Shown: positions 1 through 12,403 of the stretch, piece after piece
Layout: each line of letters begins with the position of its first letter
Numbering within the stretch: the stretch's first letter is position 1
Assembly (NCBI RefSeq): GCF_006345805.1
Contig: NC_043018.1
Coordinates: forward strand, 8,556,001-8,620,000
Direction of reading: 5' to 3'
From: Octopus sinensis
Lineage: Eukaryota
Length of the DNA: 64,000 nt
Notes under the pieces: generated by a model
The model's database searches: none
What the model was told of the DNA's origin: nothing
The model's input: the letters and a program-made list of their open reading frames with translations, nothing else
Position numbers and translations under genes: made by a program

Positions 1-519
1 ATATATGTGTGTGTGTGTGTGTGTGTGCGCACATTATATATACAAATGTATACAAATTATATATATATATATGTATAAATTAAATTAGGGATAAAACCAC
101 TAATAGGCAAATCAAACAGTGAAAAACATAAACCAAAATATAAAAATAAAATATAATATACAAAATATATAAAATATAAAATTGAAAATTTTAAATTATT
201 TAAATTTAAAATAAAAATTATTAATTTATATTTATAATTTTTATAAAAATATATATAACTATCAAAAAGTATTAAAAAGTTTAATATACATAAATACAGA
301 TATATACACTTTGTATATATACATTATATATACATATTTATATATGTAACACACGCACACACACACACATATATAAATTAACCCAATAAATATCTGATTC
401 ATAATATTTGTTCTCATGATTGTGTGGTGGGAGTAGAGTGAATGAGGGAGGAAGACAGATACATAAAAGAATGCCTATTTACAAATGTACCTATGTATGT
501 ATACTTTGTGGGTATTGGG

Positions 520-1070
520 GTATCTCTACCTTCTACGTTTATTTCCTATTTAGTATGGGTATGTTTCATTTTGACATATTCTTGTATTTGTCATAGTGAC
601 AAGTTCTTCAGGTACTTGGATAAGATGTGGGTGTCATTTAGGCCCAGTGTGCCTCCAGGTTGGTTTTTGCCATGTTGATAGAGTATGGAGGACTGTTTCT
701 TGTTATCCTATTCCCTCCAGTGTTAATTTATCCTCTCTGCTATGCTCCTAGATGTTTCACCAATGTATGTCATGATTCTGTCCTTACAAGCACCTTCTAT
801 GTATCTTATGTTGTAAACTACATTTCTAGTTTTACAGTTAATCCAAGGGTTAATCTTACATACTACGTTATTCTCATTGATGCATGTGGGGTTCTCAAAG
901 GAGTTTGTCCTACGAAACTGTCATCTAATGGAACTTCCTAGTTCCTCAATCGTTTTAATGTTGGGTTTGGTCTCCCTCAGAACCTTCTTAAATCTATGGG
1001 CTATTTCCCCATGGGGTGTGGCCTCTACAAACATCACTCCTTGACATTTGTCAGCCTTGTACCATGTGAA
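520..1070 (-). mobile_element. Decayed Penelope-like retroelement, GIY-YIG endonuclease region
   Basis: Minus strand reads WYKADKCQGVMFVEATPHGE...CKTRNVVYNI...YIGETSRSIAER with stops and frameshifts. The adjacent 111-470 recurs at 39914-40449. Confidence 0.75.
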
Positions 1071-2153
1071 CATTAAGATCAATGTGAAACCAGACAGCTG
1101 GTATTTTGATTAACATACAACACCAACTATCAACACATATTGATTGTAATGATGGAATGAACAGATGTGCTTCAAGACAAAACAGCTGGGATTGGCAGCG
1201 CATCTGAGCACTGTATATAAAATCTCTTCTGTCTGTCTGTGTGTGGGTGTGTCTTCTAGGATCTCGGGCATCCTTCACCTGATTGCGCTCAAATTTGATA
1301 TGTAGATATCGACGGTATCAGGGCGTGTATAAGTCTTGAAAAAATTACAAAAATCGATTCCAAGTGAGAATGCGATCGATAAAGCCGTTTTTGTCCTGCT
1401 TTTCTTCCGTCAACCTGTACATAACTGCACCTTCCATTTTTTGTTGTTTTTGTACTGCTTAAAAGCACGTTTCTTTCCTGCCAAGCTTACTGTTTAAACC
1501 ATGTTTGTGTTCTCCCAGTCAACAGCCTTATCATTACTGGTACTTTAAACTCTTCGGTTGCATATTTGTGTGAATAAAATCGTTTTTCTTTGAAACAGAA
1601 AAAAAGTCTATCTTTATTTCTTCTTTTGCTGGTGTCTCAAATTTAGGTTAAATCAGTGTTTCTCAAAGGGGAGGCCTATGGGATGGTCGGACAAGTAGTT
1701 TTGAGAAAATTTGGTTTAAATGTTTGACATCTCAGCACCGTCCATTGGATGGGGGGGGCGTTTTGCTCGTTACTTATATAATTACATATGTGTGTGCGTG
1801 TGTTAGGATTTATTCTTAAATTCTTTAACCCACTATATAGCATTTAGCTGCTTTAAACCACTATTAACTCTCCATGCATCCTTCAAAAATGATAACCTAA
1901 ACCCTACAAGCTCATAAAAATCCTGAATAAGTTCTACCCCACCATATAGTTAGAATATGACTTTTTTTTCTTAGCATTTGACCATATAGGTGTAGGAGTG
2001 GCTGTGTGGTAAGTAGCTTGCTCACCAACCACATGGTTCCAGGTTCAGTCCCACTGCGTGGCATCTTGGGCAAGTGTCTTCTACTATAGCCCCGGGCCGA
2101 CCAATGCCTTGTAAGTGGATTTGGTAGACGGAAACTGAAAGAAGCCTGTCGCA

Positions 2154-2182
<29 letters not shown>

Positions 2183-2194
<12 letters not shown>

Positions 2195-2601
2195 TTAGAG
2201 ACAAAACCACTATTTTGCAAAACAAACAAGGAAAGACTTAATCAATACATAAGATTTTAATAAAAAGTCAAAAAAAACCGCCACTACAATTGTTTCTTGT
2301 CCTGATCGACAATCTTCAGGTGGACTTCCAATTTTCAAGTCAGTTTCAAATTATGAAACTGACTTGAAAATTGGAAGTCCACCTGAAGATTGTCGATCAG
2401 GACAAGAAACAATTGTAGTGGCGGTTTTTTTGACTTTTTATTAAAATCTTATGTATTGATTAAGTCTTTCCTTGTTTGTTTTGCAAAATAGTGGTTTTGT
2501 CTCTAATTAATATTATATAATATTTTACTATAAAATTGGATTTAATCCTAAATCTGATTTTTTTCCCTGTAAATTTGGATTTATTCCCTAATATTTATTA
2601 T

Positions 2602-2603
<2 letters not shown>
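2183..2603. mobile_element. Penelope-type inverted pseudo-LTR hairpin (~165-bp arms) with hammerhead motif
   Basis: 2183-2348 is the reverse complement of 2354-2519; relatives at 13150-13420, 15612-15985 and more distantly 60320-60712. Confidence 0.75.
2379..2421 (+). ncRNA. Minimal type I hammerhead ribozyme (mirror copy at 2281-2323 on -)
   Basis: ccac-CTGAAGA-ttgtc(gatcag)gacaa-GAAAC-aatt-GTA-gtgg: complete core, stems I and II, short palindromic stem III. Confidence 0.8.
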
Positions 2604-2638
<35 letters not shown>

Positions 2639-3749
2639 ATATGTTTGTGTGTCTGTGTTTGTCCTCCTAGCATTGCTTGACAACCGATGGTGGTGTGTTT
2701 ACGTCCCCGTCACTTAGCGGTTCGGCAAAAGAGACCGATAGAATAAGTACTGGGCTTACAAAGAATAAGTCCCGGGGTCGATTTGCTCAACTAAAGGCGG
2801 TGCTCCAGCATGGCCGCAGTCAAATGACTGAAACAAGTAAAAGAGTATATGCTTGGAATTTCTAATTAACTATGGAATAGCACAGAAACATATGTAGATT
2901 TTGCAGCAAGCAAAAATGCTAGTTCTAAAATCTCTTTAAAGAGATCAATGCAGTAGTTGTACTGACAATAGTTGTACTGACAAGCATGAAGTGGATTCGA
3001 TCCACCACAGCCAAATTTAAATTGACACAGCAACAGAACTTTTCCCACGGTGGAACAATGGTTCTTCTCTGACAGCAGTTTTACATTTTCCAGATGCCTT
3101 TAGCTAGGCCGAAATAATGTCTTCACCATTTGACTCTTTCTAACCTCTTCTACTTCACCAAAAGCTAGAATAGAGATAACAAGACCACCAACTAAATCTA
3201 TTGTTCTCAATGATATGTCTATCCTTCTGGATAATTATAAAAGCAAGCACACCCCAAACAAAAAGCAGTTAGTCACAGTCGGTGACGACTCAATGAGTCC
3301 AATCACATGGTGATGACTCAATGAAGTCTGGCTGACCAGCTAGAACCTTGGTCAGAGGAGGAAATGAAGTTTACTGTCAGCAACTGTGAGACAACACCCC
3401 ACAATTCTCTCTAGCTCTAATTCTCTTCTCTTACAACATCATTCTGTCTCTCTCTGTATTTACTACTAAACAGTGAAGAGGACACAAACACAAACTTTAC
3501 TTCGCATGCTTTTGGATGTATCAAAACCTGCCTGTTGAGGCAAGGTATTTGTAATATAACGGTAAATAAATACTTTCTTAAAACTTCATGCATTGTCCAT
3601 CTTTCACATCTTACAACTTGCCTTCATAACAACAAAATCTTAACTGTTACATATTCATAGCCACTTTAACATGGCTGTCCGTTCAAGCAGTTGAGTTCAC
3701 TCAAATGGACAGCCATGTTAAAGTTGCTATGAATATTACTTATATTACT

Positions 3750-4117
3750 CTTTTACTCTCTTTTACTTGTTTCAGTCATTTGACTGCGGCCATGCTGGAC
3801 CACCGCCTTTAGTCGAGGAAATCGACCCCGGAACTTATTCTTTGTAAGCCCAGTACTTATTCTATCGGTCTCTTTTGCCGAACCGCTAGGTGACGGGGAC
3901 GTAAACACACCAGCATCGGTTGTCAGGCGATGTTAGGGGGACAAACACAGACACACAAATACACACATACATATATATATATATACATATATATACGACA
4001 GGCTTCTTTCAGTTTCCGTCTACCAAATCCACTCACAAGGCATTGGTCGGCCCAGGGCTATAGCAGAAGACACTTGCCCAAGATGCCACGCAGTGGGACT
4101 GAACCCGGAACCATGTA
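3750..4117 (-). mobile_element. SINE family A, 5'-truncated
   Basis: Reverse complement of the 1986-2845 family. Confidence 0.85.
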
Positions 4118-4411
4118 GGTTTTTTTAAAATTCTTTTTAAGCTTTTTTTATTTGTATTGTAATGGTTTGAAGAGAAATTTCTCAACACTTTTTAACATAG
4201 AAATAAATCTTTCATACATCCATTTCTCTCCATTTTCTTTCCTTCAATATCAATAATATATATAATTACAATAATCCCTAACATACACAAGTGACTTTAG
4301 CATTATATGATAGAGATTAACCAGTAGAATTTCTTGGATTACATAATCCCTAATGAGATTATAACTCCCTTGAATTGACTGTATATATATATATATATAT
4401 ACACACACACT

Positions 4412-4990
4412 CACAGACATGCAGGAAGTAAATAGACACCTTTAATTTTTAAAATTTCTGATCTAAGTGTCTTAATATGCTTTCAGTGGTGTAGAATTTA
4501 CAATGTAATTATTCTTTTTCATTCCAGGTGCCATTATATTAAACATTTGTGAAGAGTAACCATACCACGCACAAAAAATTCAGCACAACTATTAGATTTT
4601 CAGAGAGGTCGTATTTTGGGGCTGTCTGAGGCTGGTCTTAGCTAGCAAAAAATTGCCAAAGATCTTCAAATTCCTCTTGCTACTGTTAATAGAATTATAG
4701 TGAAATTCAAAAGCCAAGGAAAAAAATCAACAGATTCTTGTCCCAGGCGAACCTGAGCCCTCGAAAAAGAAGCTTCGCTGTTTGAAAAGAATTGTGGAAA
4801 ACGAATTCCGTTTGAAGGCTTCTGACAGTGCAGTACAGCTAGAAGTTAGTCCAAGAACGTGTGTTACATATCTGCATAAGCTTGGGTATTATGGACGAAT
4901 AGCTAGAAGAAAACCTCTCCTTCAACCAATTAATATCAAATACAAGATTTTGAAACTTAAAGGTGTCTATTTACTTCCTGAATGTCTTTG
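4412..4990 (+). mobile_element. Internally deleted Tc1-like transposon
   Basis: TIRs agacatgcaggaagtaaatagacacctt / aaggtgtctatttacttcctgaatgtct; N-terminal HTH remnant (FQRGRILGL...IPLATVNRII...LHKLGYYGRIARRKPLL). Confidence 0.85.
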
Positions 4991-5116
4991 TATATATACA
5001 CACACAATCAAAAAGGCATATGCATCAGCGGTTGTAAATAAGTGATTGGAACCTTTCCAATCAATTATTTTCTTAGCAATCAATTAATTTTAATTTGGAC
5101 ACAGGCCAATCAGTTA

Positions 5117-5484
5117 TCTCTATATATATAAACCGCAAAATGTCTGTGTGTGTGTGTATCCTTTATACAAATCCACAATTTTTCAGTTAGAGGGCTCGCA
5201 CTTTCTATGATCATTTAAAACTATTCAAGGGTGGTCGTGCACATCTTTACATTTCCCCAGTTGCCCCGCAAAGCCATTAAAAAAGCAACAGAAGCGACTT
5301 TTTTGTGAATTTTCTATCCAAAACCCAATCAAAATGCCCGAAACTTGATACACCAATTGAATGCCAGCTAGCTGTATGTGATTGATCAGAGATTTGGACA
5401 GTACTCGCGTGTATGTGTGCACACACGCAGCTGTATATTCATACACTAGCACTATGACCCGGGGTTGCCGGGTCATGGTGCTAG
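5117..5484 (+). mobile_element. Non-autonomous Helitron-like element
   Basis: a|TC 5' end, GC-rich hairpin gacccgg..ccgggtc, CTAG|t 3' end, no TSD. Confidence 0.65.
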
Positions 5485-6245
5485 TTGCAATTAATTGTCA
5501 CTTATTTATCCGAACGTAAAAGCATCATATATGTTGGAGTGTTAGCTTCGATTTAGATAAGAGCCAAAATGAAAGGAAAAGAAAAGGCATGTCTTATAGT
5601 TTCAAAAAACTTTATTCTCAGAAAATGTTCAAAATTCAATTTTATTGATTTAGAATAGGGAACAAACGACATGTATACTCTACATTGTACAGTAGTTGAA
5701 AAAAAAAATATGTTGAAGGTCTTTAATTGAAAGAATTTCTCAAACAAGTAGCACAATGAAAATGTTCTAATATAGCAAAAGATCATGAACTATTGCAGGT
5801 TTCTGAAACTAGGTCTTCATCTTAGAAAGCATGATTGACTTTTAGAAATAATTGCCTTTCTAAATTCATTGGTGTTAAGTATTGCTGAAAATCATTAAAG
5901 GCGCAACCTGCTTAGCTGAAGAAATGATCCAAGATGTTGGACGTTGGTAACAAAAATTATCAGATCAGATGTTGCTGGGGTGAAAGTTTATCTTTTTTGT
6001 GTTTTTTCATACGAACTGAAGCAAAATCATTATCTTCTACAGACATAACACCTACTCTATAAATTCCACAGAATCAGAAGCAGTGAATGATGTTTCACTT
6101 ACCATTGGTGAAAATGCCAGCAAAACACTACAATAGTCATTTTGATAATTGCATGAATAAGATTCAAGAAGTCCTATGAAATGTGTCAAACCCCTAGTCC
6201 AATTGTTGATAACCAACGCAAATTTACTTAGAAGTTCATCAAATA

Positions 6246-6795
6246 GGCGTAGGAGTGGCCGTGTGATAAGTGGCTTGCTTACCAACCACATGGTTCCAGG
6301 TTCAGTCCCACTATGTGGCACCTTGGGCAAGTGTTTTCTGCTATAGCCTCAGGCCAACCAAAGACTTGTGAGTGGATTTGGTAGACAGAAACTGAAAGAA
6401 GCCCGTCGTATATATATATATATAGGGAGAGTTTACGAAAAAACAAAAGACGAAGACAGGTGGTGTACAAAACAAACAAATGTATTAGTATAACGCTCAG
6501 AAATAGAAAAAGTCTTTTATGTTTCGAGCCTATGCTCTTCTACAGAAAGGGACACAGAAAAAACAAGGAGAAACATATGTGTGTGTATCTGTGTTTGTCC
6601 CACCCCACCCCACCCCAACATCGCTTGACAACTGATGCTGGTATGTTTACATCCCCGTTACTTAGCGGTTAAGCAAAAAGAGACCGATAGAATAAGTAAT
6701 AGGCTTACAAAGAATAACCCCTGGGGTCGATTTGCTCAACTAAAGGTGGTGCTCCAGCATGGCCACTGTCAAATGACTGAAACGAGTAAAAGAGT
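6246..6795 (+). mobile_element. SINE family A inserted in the hAT transposase
   Basis: Flanked by aaata on both sides; carries an extra insert at ~6424-6572. Confidence 0.85.
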
Positions 6796-7143
6796 AAATA
6801 TTTTCTTTTCCACCTCCTGAGTAAGTTTCACCATGTAGTTCTTTAGGGTCGCATTTGTCACACTTCCCAAGTTTGTCTACTTACAAATCAGCGGGTCCTC
6901 AGTAAAGGAAAAGGGGTTTTAAACCAACACACACCCACTCAATCCAACCATAAACATTTGAGGTCGAGCAACTGACCAAACAACTTCTTGGGCAAAGAAA
7001 ACTCAATAAAGATGGTTGTCCAGTTGCTTGCGTAGTAGAATACTCTGGGTGATGGCTTTTTATATGATTCATAAGATTTGTCCATCCAGTTCCTTTTTTC
7101 TGCGTCAACTTTTTTCCACACTTGCATTTCCATACATGTTCAT

Positions 7144-7548
7144 TTTACTCTTTACTTGTTTCAGTCAGTTGACTGCGGCCATGCTGGAGCACCGCCTTTA
7201 GTCAAGCAACTCGATCCCGGGACTTATTCTTTGTAAGCCCAGTACTTATTCTATCGGTCTCTTTTGCCGAACCGCTAAGTGACAGGGACGTAAACACACC
7301 AGCATCAGTTGTCAAGCAATGCTAGGGGGACAAACACAGACACACAAATACACACACACATACATACATATATATATATATGTATACATATATACGACAG
7401 GCTTCTTTTAGTTTCCGTCTACCAAATCCACTCACAAGGCTTAGGTTGGCCCGGGGCTATAGCAGAAGACACTCTCCCAAGATGCCACGCAGTGGGACTG
7501 AACCCGGAACTATGTGGTTGGTAGGCAAGCTACTTACCACACAGCCAC
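7144..7548 (-). mobile_element. SINE family A (duplicated at 28617-29028)
   Basis: Family similarity. Confidence 0.85.
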
Positions 7549-7907
7549 TCACTGTCTGTTTGGTTAAAATATTTTCTTATGATTTGCTCGTTTTCACGCG
7601 GCATGGGTTAGTTTAAAATAGAAAATATTTCGCCACTCCACAGATGAAAGTCCGACTGAGATAATAAATTAGAGCGGAATTCAAGATATTGGGTTGTCTG
7701 GAAAGTTCGTGCCGATTTATAGTAGCTCACCTTTCGACTTATTTTTGAGGCAATGTTGTGATCTTGGTCACTTATGCATCATGGAAACTGGGTAACCAGT
7801 CTTATGAGTCTGGCCAGAAACATGTTGAACTACGTAAAGCATCAGAGGAAAAAAACCTTGCAATAAATACATTGAAAGCAAAAATTTTTTCATGAGCTCT
7901 TAAAATA

Positions 7908-8429
7908 TTGGGTTGTCTGGAAAGTTTGTGCTGATTTATAGTAGCTTACATTTCGACTAATTTTAGAACATGATTGAGTCCATAAAATAGGATTTGACTA
8001 CACCTCCATTTAGAGCACAGTTTAAGCTATCTTTTCATGGAAGAAAGTTTATGTTGCTATAACCTATGTTAATTCTGTAACCCTTTAAAATAGATGATAA
8101 GAAAGTTCATTTTCGGCACTTGATGCTTTTCTTTTTCCGTAAAGGGAAAAATGCCTCACAAGCAACCAAAGAAATATGCGCAGTTTACGGTGATTTTTCT
8201 TTATCCGAAAGAACAGTACGGAAGTGGTTCACAAGGTTCCGAGCTGGAGATTGCAGCCTTATTGATAAAGAGCGATCAGGCAGACCAACCACTACAGATG
8301 AATAACCTACATTGCACAACCTATCAAAATCCATCGTTCATGAGCACCTGGTAAAACTTGGGTAATGGCAAGTATTTATTGACCTTTTCTTTCCTTTAAA
8401 AATTGGCATGAACTTTCCGGACAACCCAA
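7908..8429 (+). mobile_element. Internally deleted mariner element (extra orphan 5' end at ~7689-7745)
   Basis: TA|ttgggttgtctggaaagt...actttccggacaacccaa|TA; remnant HFRHLMLFFFRKGKNASQATKEICAVYG...RTVRKWFTRFRAGD..L.DKERSGRP. Confidence 0.88.
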
Positions 8430-9393
8430 TACAACGGTGTTACAGGTGAAGTTATGTTTTAATGACTTACAGACTGAATGTATGAATCATTCTTGGCAGT
8501 CAGAAGCAAGAACCACTCTACAGTGATTATTTGATAACATACACAATAACCAAGTCCCAAACACCTCAGAATGTGTGAATCATTCTCGGCAGTTCTAACC
8601 AAGCATCAATGCTTGACAGCAGTTGTTTGACAACATACACAATAGCCAATTCCCAAGCATGACAGAATGTGCAAATCATTCTCAGTAGTCAGAACAAAGC
8701 GTCAACACAATATCTCAAAGAACAGAAAGCTGTATTTGCCAATTGAACGTGAAATGAAATATGAGCCATTGGGACAACTTTCGCAGACAATGTTGCAATT
8801 AACTGCAATTAATTGATATGATAGTAATCAATTATTTAACTGGCTGTATGACTCTAATCAATTAATTGGACCAATATATTGCAATTAATTTTTTATCAAT
8901 TTATTTTGTTACAACCCTTGATATGTATATCAAAATGGAGCTAGCTACAGTTGCCCTTGAATTTATAGCATAAAAATAAAACCTTAGTCATAAAATAAAG
9001 AGAGTGCAACCCGTGAAAAAAAGATTACACTTAGGTTAATGGGGAGGGCTGTGCACTCCTGGACATAAACACGCAGTGTGTGTGTGCACAGTCAATCCCA
9101 CTCACTAAGCAACAGCAGCCATAATCCGAAAAGAACAAGTCAACATCATCGGTCACCACTGAGCCGCAGGTTTTATGTCGGAGTCATCCCAGTTACCTGA
9201 GTTATCTTCTCCTAGAAGGATGCCCTAACAAAGGCTAGGGGTCCTTCAATCCCAATGGTTTTACCGCGCGATCAGGTATTCAGTCCGATTATTTCTATGT
9301 CCCCGCGCATGATACAGCCTTAAGCTGGATAAGATTGATATAAGGAGAAAAAAAAAGAAACATACGATAAATACATATATATATATAAACATG

Positions 9394-9961
9394 GGATCTT
9401 TTCGGTTTAAACGGCAGTTTTTTCTAGCGGTGTCATATGAAATTGTCACCCATAATTATGACCCTAGTATCGATCTATTGCATTTCAATCTATTTTAGGG
9501 TTAGGGTTAAAGTTAAGGTTAGTTAGGGTTAGGGTTAGGGGATCTTTTCGGTTTGAACGGCAGTTTTTTAAGATAATTTCCACGTTACTAAACACTTTTA
9601 AATTTCGTATACTGGTAGAAAGTGTTTATAAAACATCTTTTTCTCTTGGCTTTATTGAGAAAATACTATGGTTTGTAAGATATTTGTTGTTGTTTTTTTT
9701 CAATTTCTGCAATTTTAATCAATCAATGACGTCTATTGGGGTGAAAAACATTCTGTGCCGTATGAATATGTCCCTCGTTTAAGAAACAGATCGGGTTTAT
9801 TTACATTTCTGAAGAAAAAAAGATACCATTCCCCCCACCCCTAACCCTAACTAACCCTAAAACAGATTGAAATGCAATAGATCGATACTAGGGTCATAAT
9901 TATGGGTGACAATTTCATATGACGCCGCCAGGAAAAACTGCCTTTCAAACCGAAAAGATCC
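9394..9961. mobile_element. Compound Merlin-like MITE: partial end plus a full inverted copy, with internal TTAGGG repeats
   Basis: TIR GGATCTTTTCGGTTTGAACGGCAG-like at 9394, 9540 and (reverse) 9961; duplicated at 31588-32122. Confidence 0.7.
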
Positions 9962-10227
9962 TATAAAAATATACAATATATAAAAATTAGTGAGAAAAAG
10001 GCAGATATACAGTAAATATATAATTACACATTTATTGGATGGCCGTTGGCTCTCAAGAGTTCTTCCGCCCTTTGACGGGTTTTGTTTTTCCTCCCGCAGG
10101 GTGTCCAATAAACACCCTCCTTACCAAGCAAGCTTGGTGGGGTCGCCGGTTTAGTCGCCGACGGCCCGACCATGCAACAGGTTGTACTGGGTTGCATGAT
10201 TCCAGTAGCACTCAAAAGTTACTTGAC

Positions 10228-10455
10228 ATATATACATACATACGTACATACATACATACATACACACATACATACACACACACATACATACGTACATACA
10301 CACATACATACGTACATACATACATACGTACATACATACATACGTACATACATGCATATGTACATACATACATGCATATGTACATACATACATACGCACA
10401 TACATACATAAATACGTACATACGTACATACACACATAGGCACACACACGCATGC
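10228..10455. repeat. (TACA)n microsatellite
   Basis: Seen directly. Confidence 0.95.
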
Positions 10456-10905
10456 GCACAAACAAGAAGGAACGCAGTGTAAATAATGGACTGAGTCAAG
10501 TCTATTGAAAAGGTTGCAAGATACAACGAAAATTTTAGGACAATAAAAATAAGAAATAAGTGGAAATTTTACTGGTGAGTGTGTTAAATTATAAGGCACA
10601 AAAAGAAAATGACTCTCCCCGGACACAACAGAATAATAAAAAAAGGTACAAGCATTTAAATGAATGTAATTTTAGCCAATCAAAAAGCCTCCTTGCCGAT
10701 GTTGTCATGTTGTCATGGAGACCAGCTTACACAACGAAGTCGAAAACTTTCATTATCCTCTCTGCTAGAAGCACAAGGAACTAAAATTTGGGGAGGAAGG
10801 GGTTAGTCCATTATATCGACCTAGTGCTCAATTGGTACTTAATTTATATTTTAAAAAGCTTTAATAATAAAATGTAAGAAGCGAAACAGGAAAAAAATGA
10901 ATGTA

Positions 10906-11312
10906 ATAGGCGCAGGAGTGGCTGTGTGGTAAGTAGCTTGCTAACCAACCACATGGTTCCGGGTTCAGTCCCACTGCGTGGCATCTTGGGCAAGTGTCTT
11001 CTGCTATAGCCCCGGGCTGACCAATGCCTTGTGAGTGGATTTGGTAGACGGAAACTGAAAGAAGCCTGTCGTATATATGTATATAAGTGTGTGTGTGTGT
11101 ATGTTTGTGTGTCTGTGTTTGTCCCCCTAGCATTGCTTGACAACTGATGCTGGTGTGTTTACGTCCACGTCACCTAGCGGTTCGGCAAAAGAGACCGATA
11201 GAATAAGTACTGGGCTTACAAAGAATAAGTCCCGGGGTCGATTTGCTCGACTAAAAGGCGGTGCTCCAGCATGGCCGCAGTCGAATGACTGAAACAAGTA
11301 AAAGAGAAAGAG
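10906..11312 (+). mobile_element. SINE family A, present only upstream of FUCA copy 1
   Basis: Empty site at ~33296-33303 in copy 2. Confidence 0.88.
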
Positions 11313-11745
11313 AATCTCTCTAAAATATTTTTATAAATGTTAAAGATTTAAAAGAAAAATCAAAAGTTATGAAAAGACGTTGGCTCAGTTGTAGTTATTT
11401 TAACTCAGCTGAGTGATTGCTGCAATAATTTCCGTAAATTACACAACTTGTAAATGTTGCTATAAGGTACCTAAACACCAATCACAACTTCCTGTCATAT
11501 CTCTGTTCAGTGTATGGTGGGAGAGTCGTTAAAAATACCAGTCAAGCGTTAAGTAATTACTTAGTAGTAGTGGTAGGGGCAACAGCACCCGTTGAGAACA
11601 TTTGCAGCTGTAACAAAAGGCAGCAGTAGGTCAAATGTCTGTTTCTATTTCTTTTATGGTCTGAATAATCGCTCACGATTTTCAATTACTGTTATAGATA
11701 TACTGGGAATATAAACCTAGTTTTTGTGTGCAAGCAACAACAAAG

Positions 11746-12152
11746 ATGGTATCGAAGTTAACTATATCTGTTTGGTGGCCGTCATCGATATTATTCCTGG
11801 TTCTTTTACTATCTTCAACAAGTTTATCCTGGGACGTTACGGCATTTCGGACAGGCATCTCTAGCGGTCCGTACAAACCCGATTGGCAATCTCTTGACAC
11901 ACGTCCCACACCAAAATGGTACGACGAGGCCAAAATCGGCATCTTCCTACATTGGGGCGTGTTTTCTGTACCCAGCTTTCACTCTGCTTGGTTTTGGTGG
12001 TATTTTGCAGAGAAACGGAACCCGGTCTATGTGAAATTTATGAAGGACAATTATAGGCCAGACTTCACCTACCAGGATTTTGCTCCGATGTTCACCACAG
12101 AGTTCTTCGACCCAAACCAGTGGGCAGAAATATTTACCAAATCCGGTGCCAG
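11746..12152 (+). CDS. FUCA: FUCA copy 1 exon 1 (signal peptide to SGAR)
   Basis: ATG at 11746; donor AG|GTTGTT at 12152/12153. Confidence 0.92.
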
Positions 12153-12345
12153 GTTGTTGTTTATTTTTGTTTTATTTTTCGTTTCTCTTGTTAAATGTTG
12201 TTGTTGTTTCCCTGATCCAACACGAGTATGACATTTGTCCCAGTGATGGCCTCATTTTTTCAAATATCAGGAAGTACGTTGTGGGGATCTTTTCGGTTTG
12301 AACGGCAGTTTGACATAATTTTTAGGTAACTAAACACGAAACATC

Positions 12346-12403
<58 letters not shown>

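Larger units (their letters stand above)
1986..2845 (+). mobile_element. tRNA-derived SINE (family A), interrupted in its central (TA)n by a hairpin insert
   Basis: Head ggagtggctgtgtggtaag...ggttcagtccc (A/B-box-like), tail tgactgaaacaagtaaaagag; more than 10 copies in the window. Confidence 0.85.
5026..8920 (-). mobile_element. Decayed hAT transposon hosting nested insertions
   Basis: Imperfect TIRs cagcggttgtaa / ttacaacccttg; 8-bp TSD atatgcat/atatgtat. Removing the SINEs restores MPRENEQIIRKYF...VWKCKCGKKLTQKKGTGWTNLMNHIKSHHPEY (BED-finger-like) and SKFALVINNWT...LLAFSP (RNaseH-like first Asp region). Confidence 0.8.

Noticed and set aside
1912-2225. Recurrent ORFs such as [15 protein letters not shown]... 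appearing as a gene family
   Set aside because: They are antisense translations of SINE family A.
3270-3617. Possible solo LTR
   Set aside because: It has a polyA-like signal and a CA end, but no clear TG start, TSD or second copy in the window.
9495-9540. TTAGGG repeats as a telomere or chromosome fusion site
   Set aside because: The tract is short, degenerate and internal to a MITE family seen elsewhere in the window.
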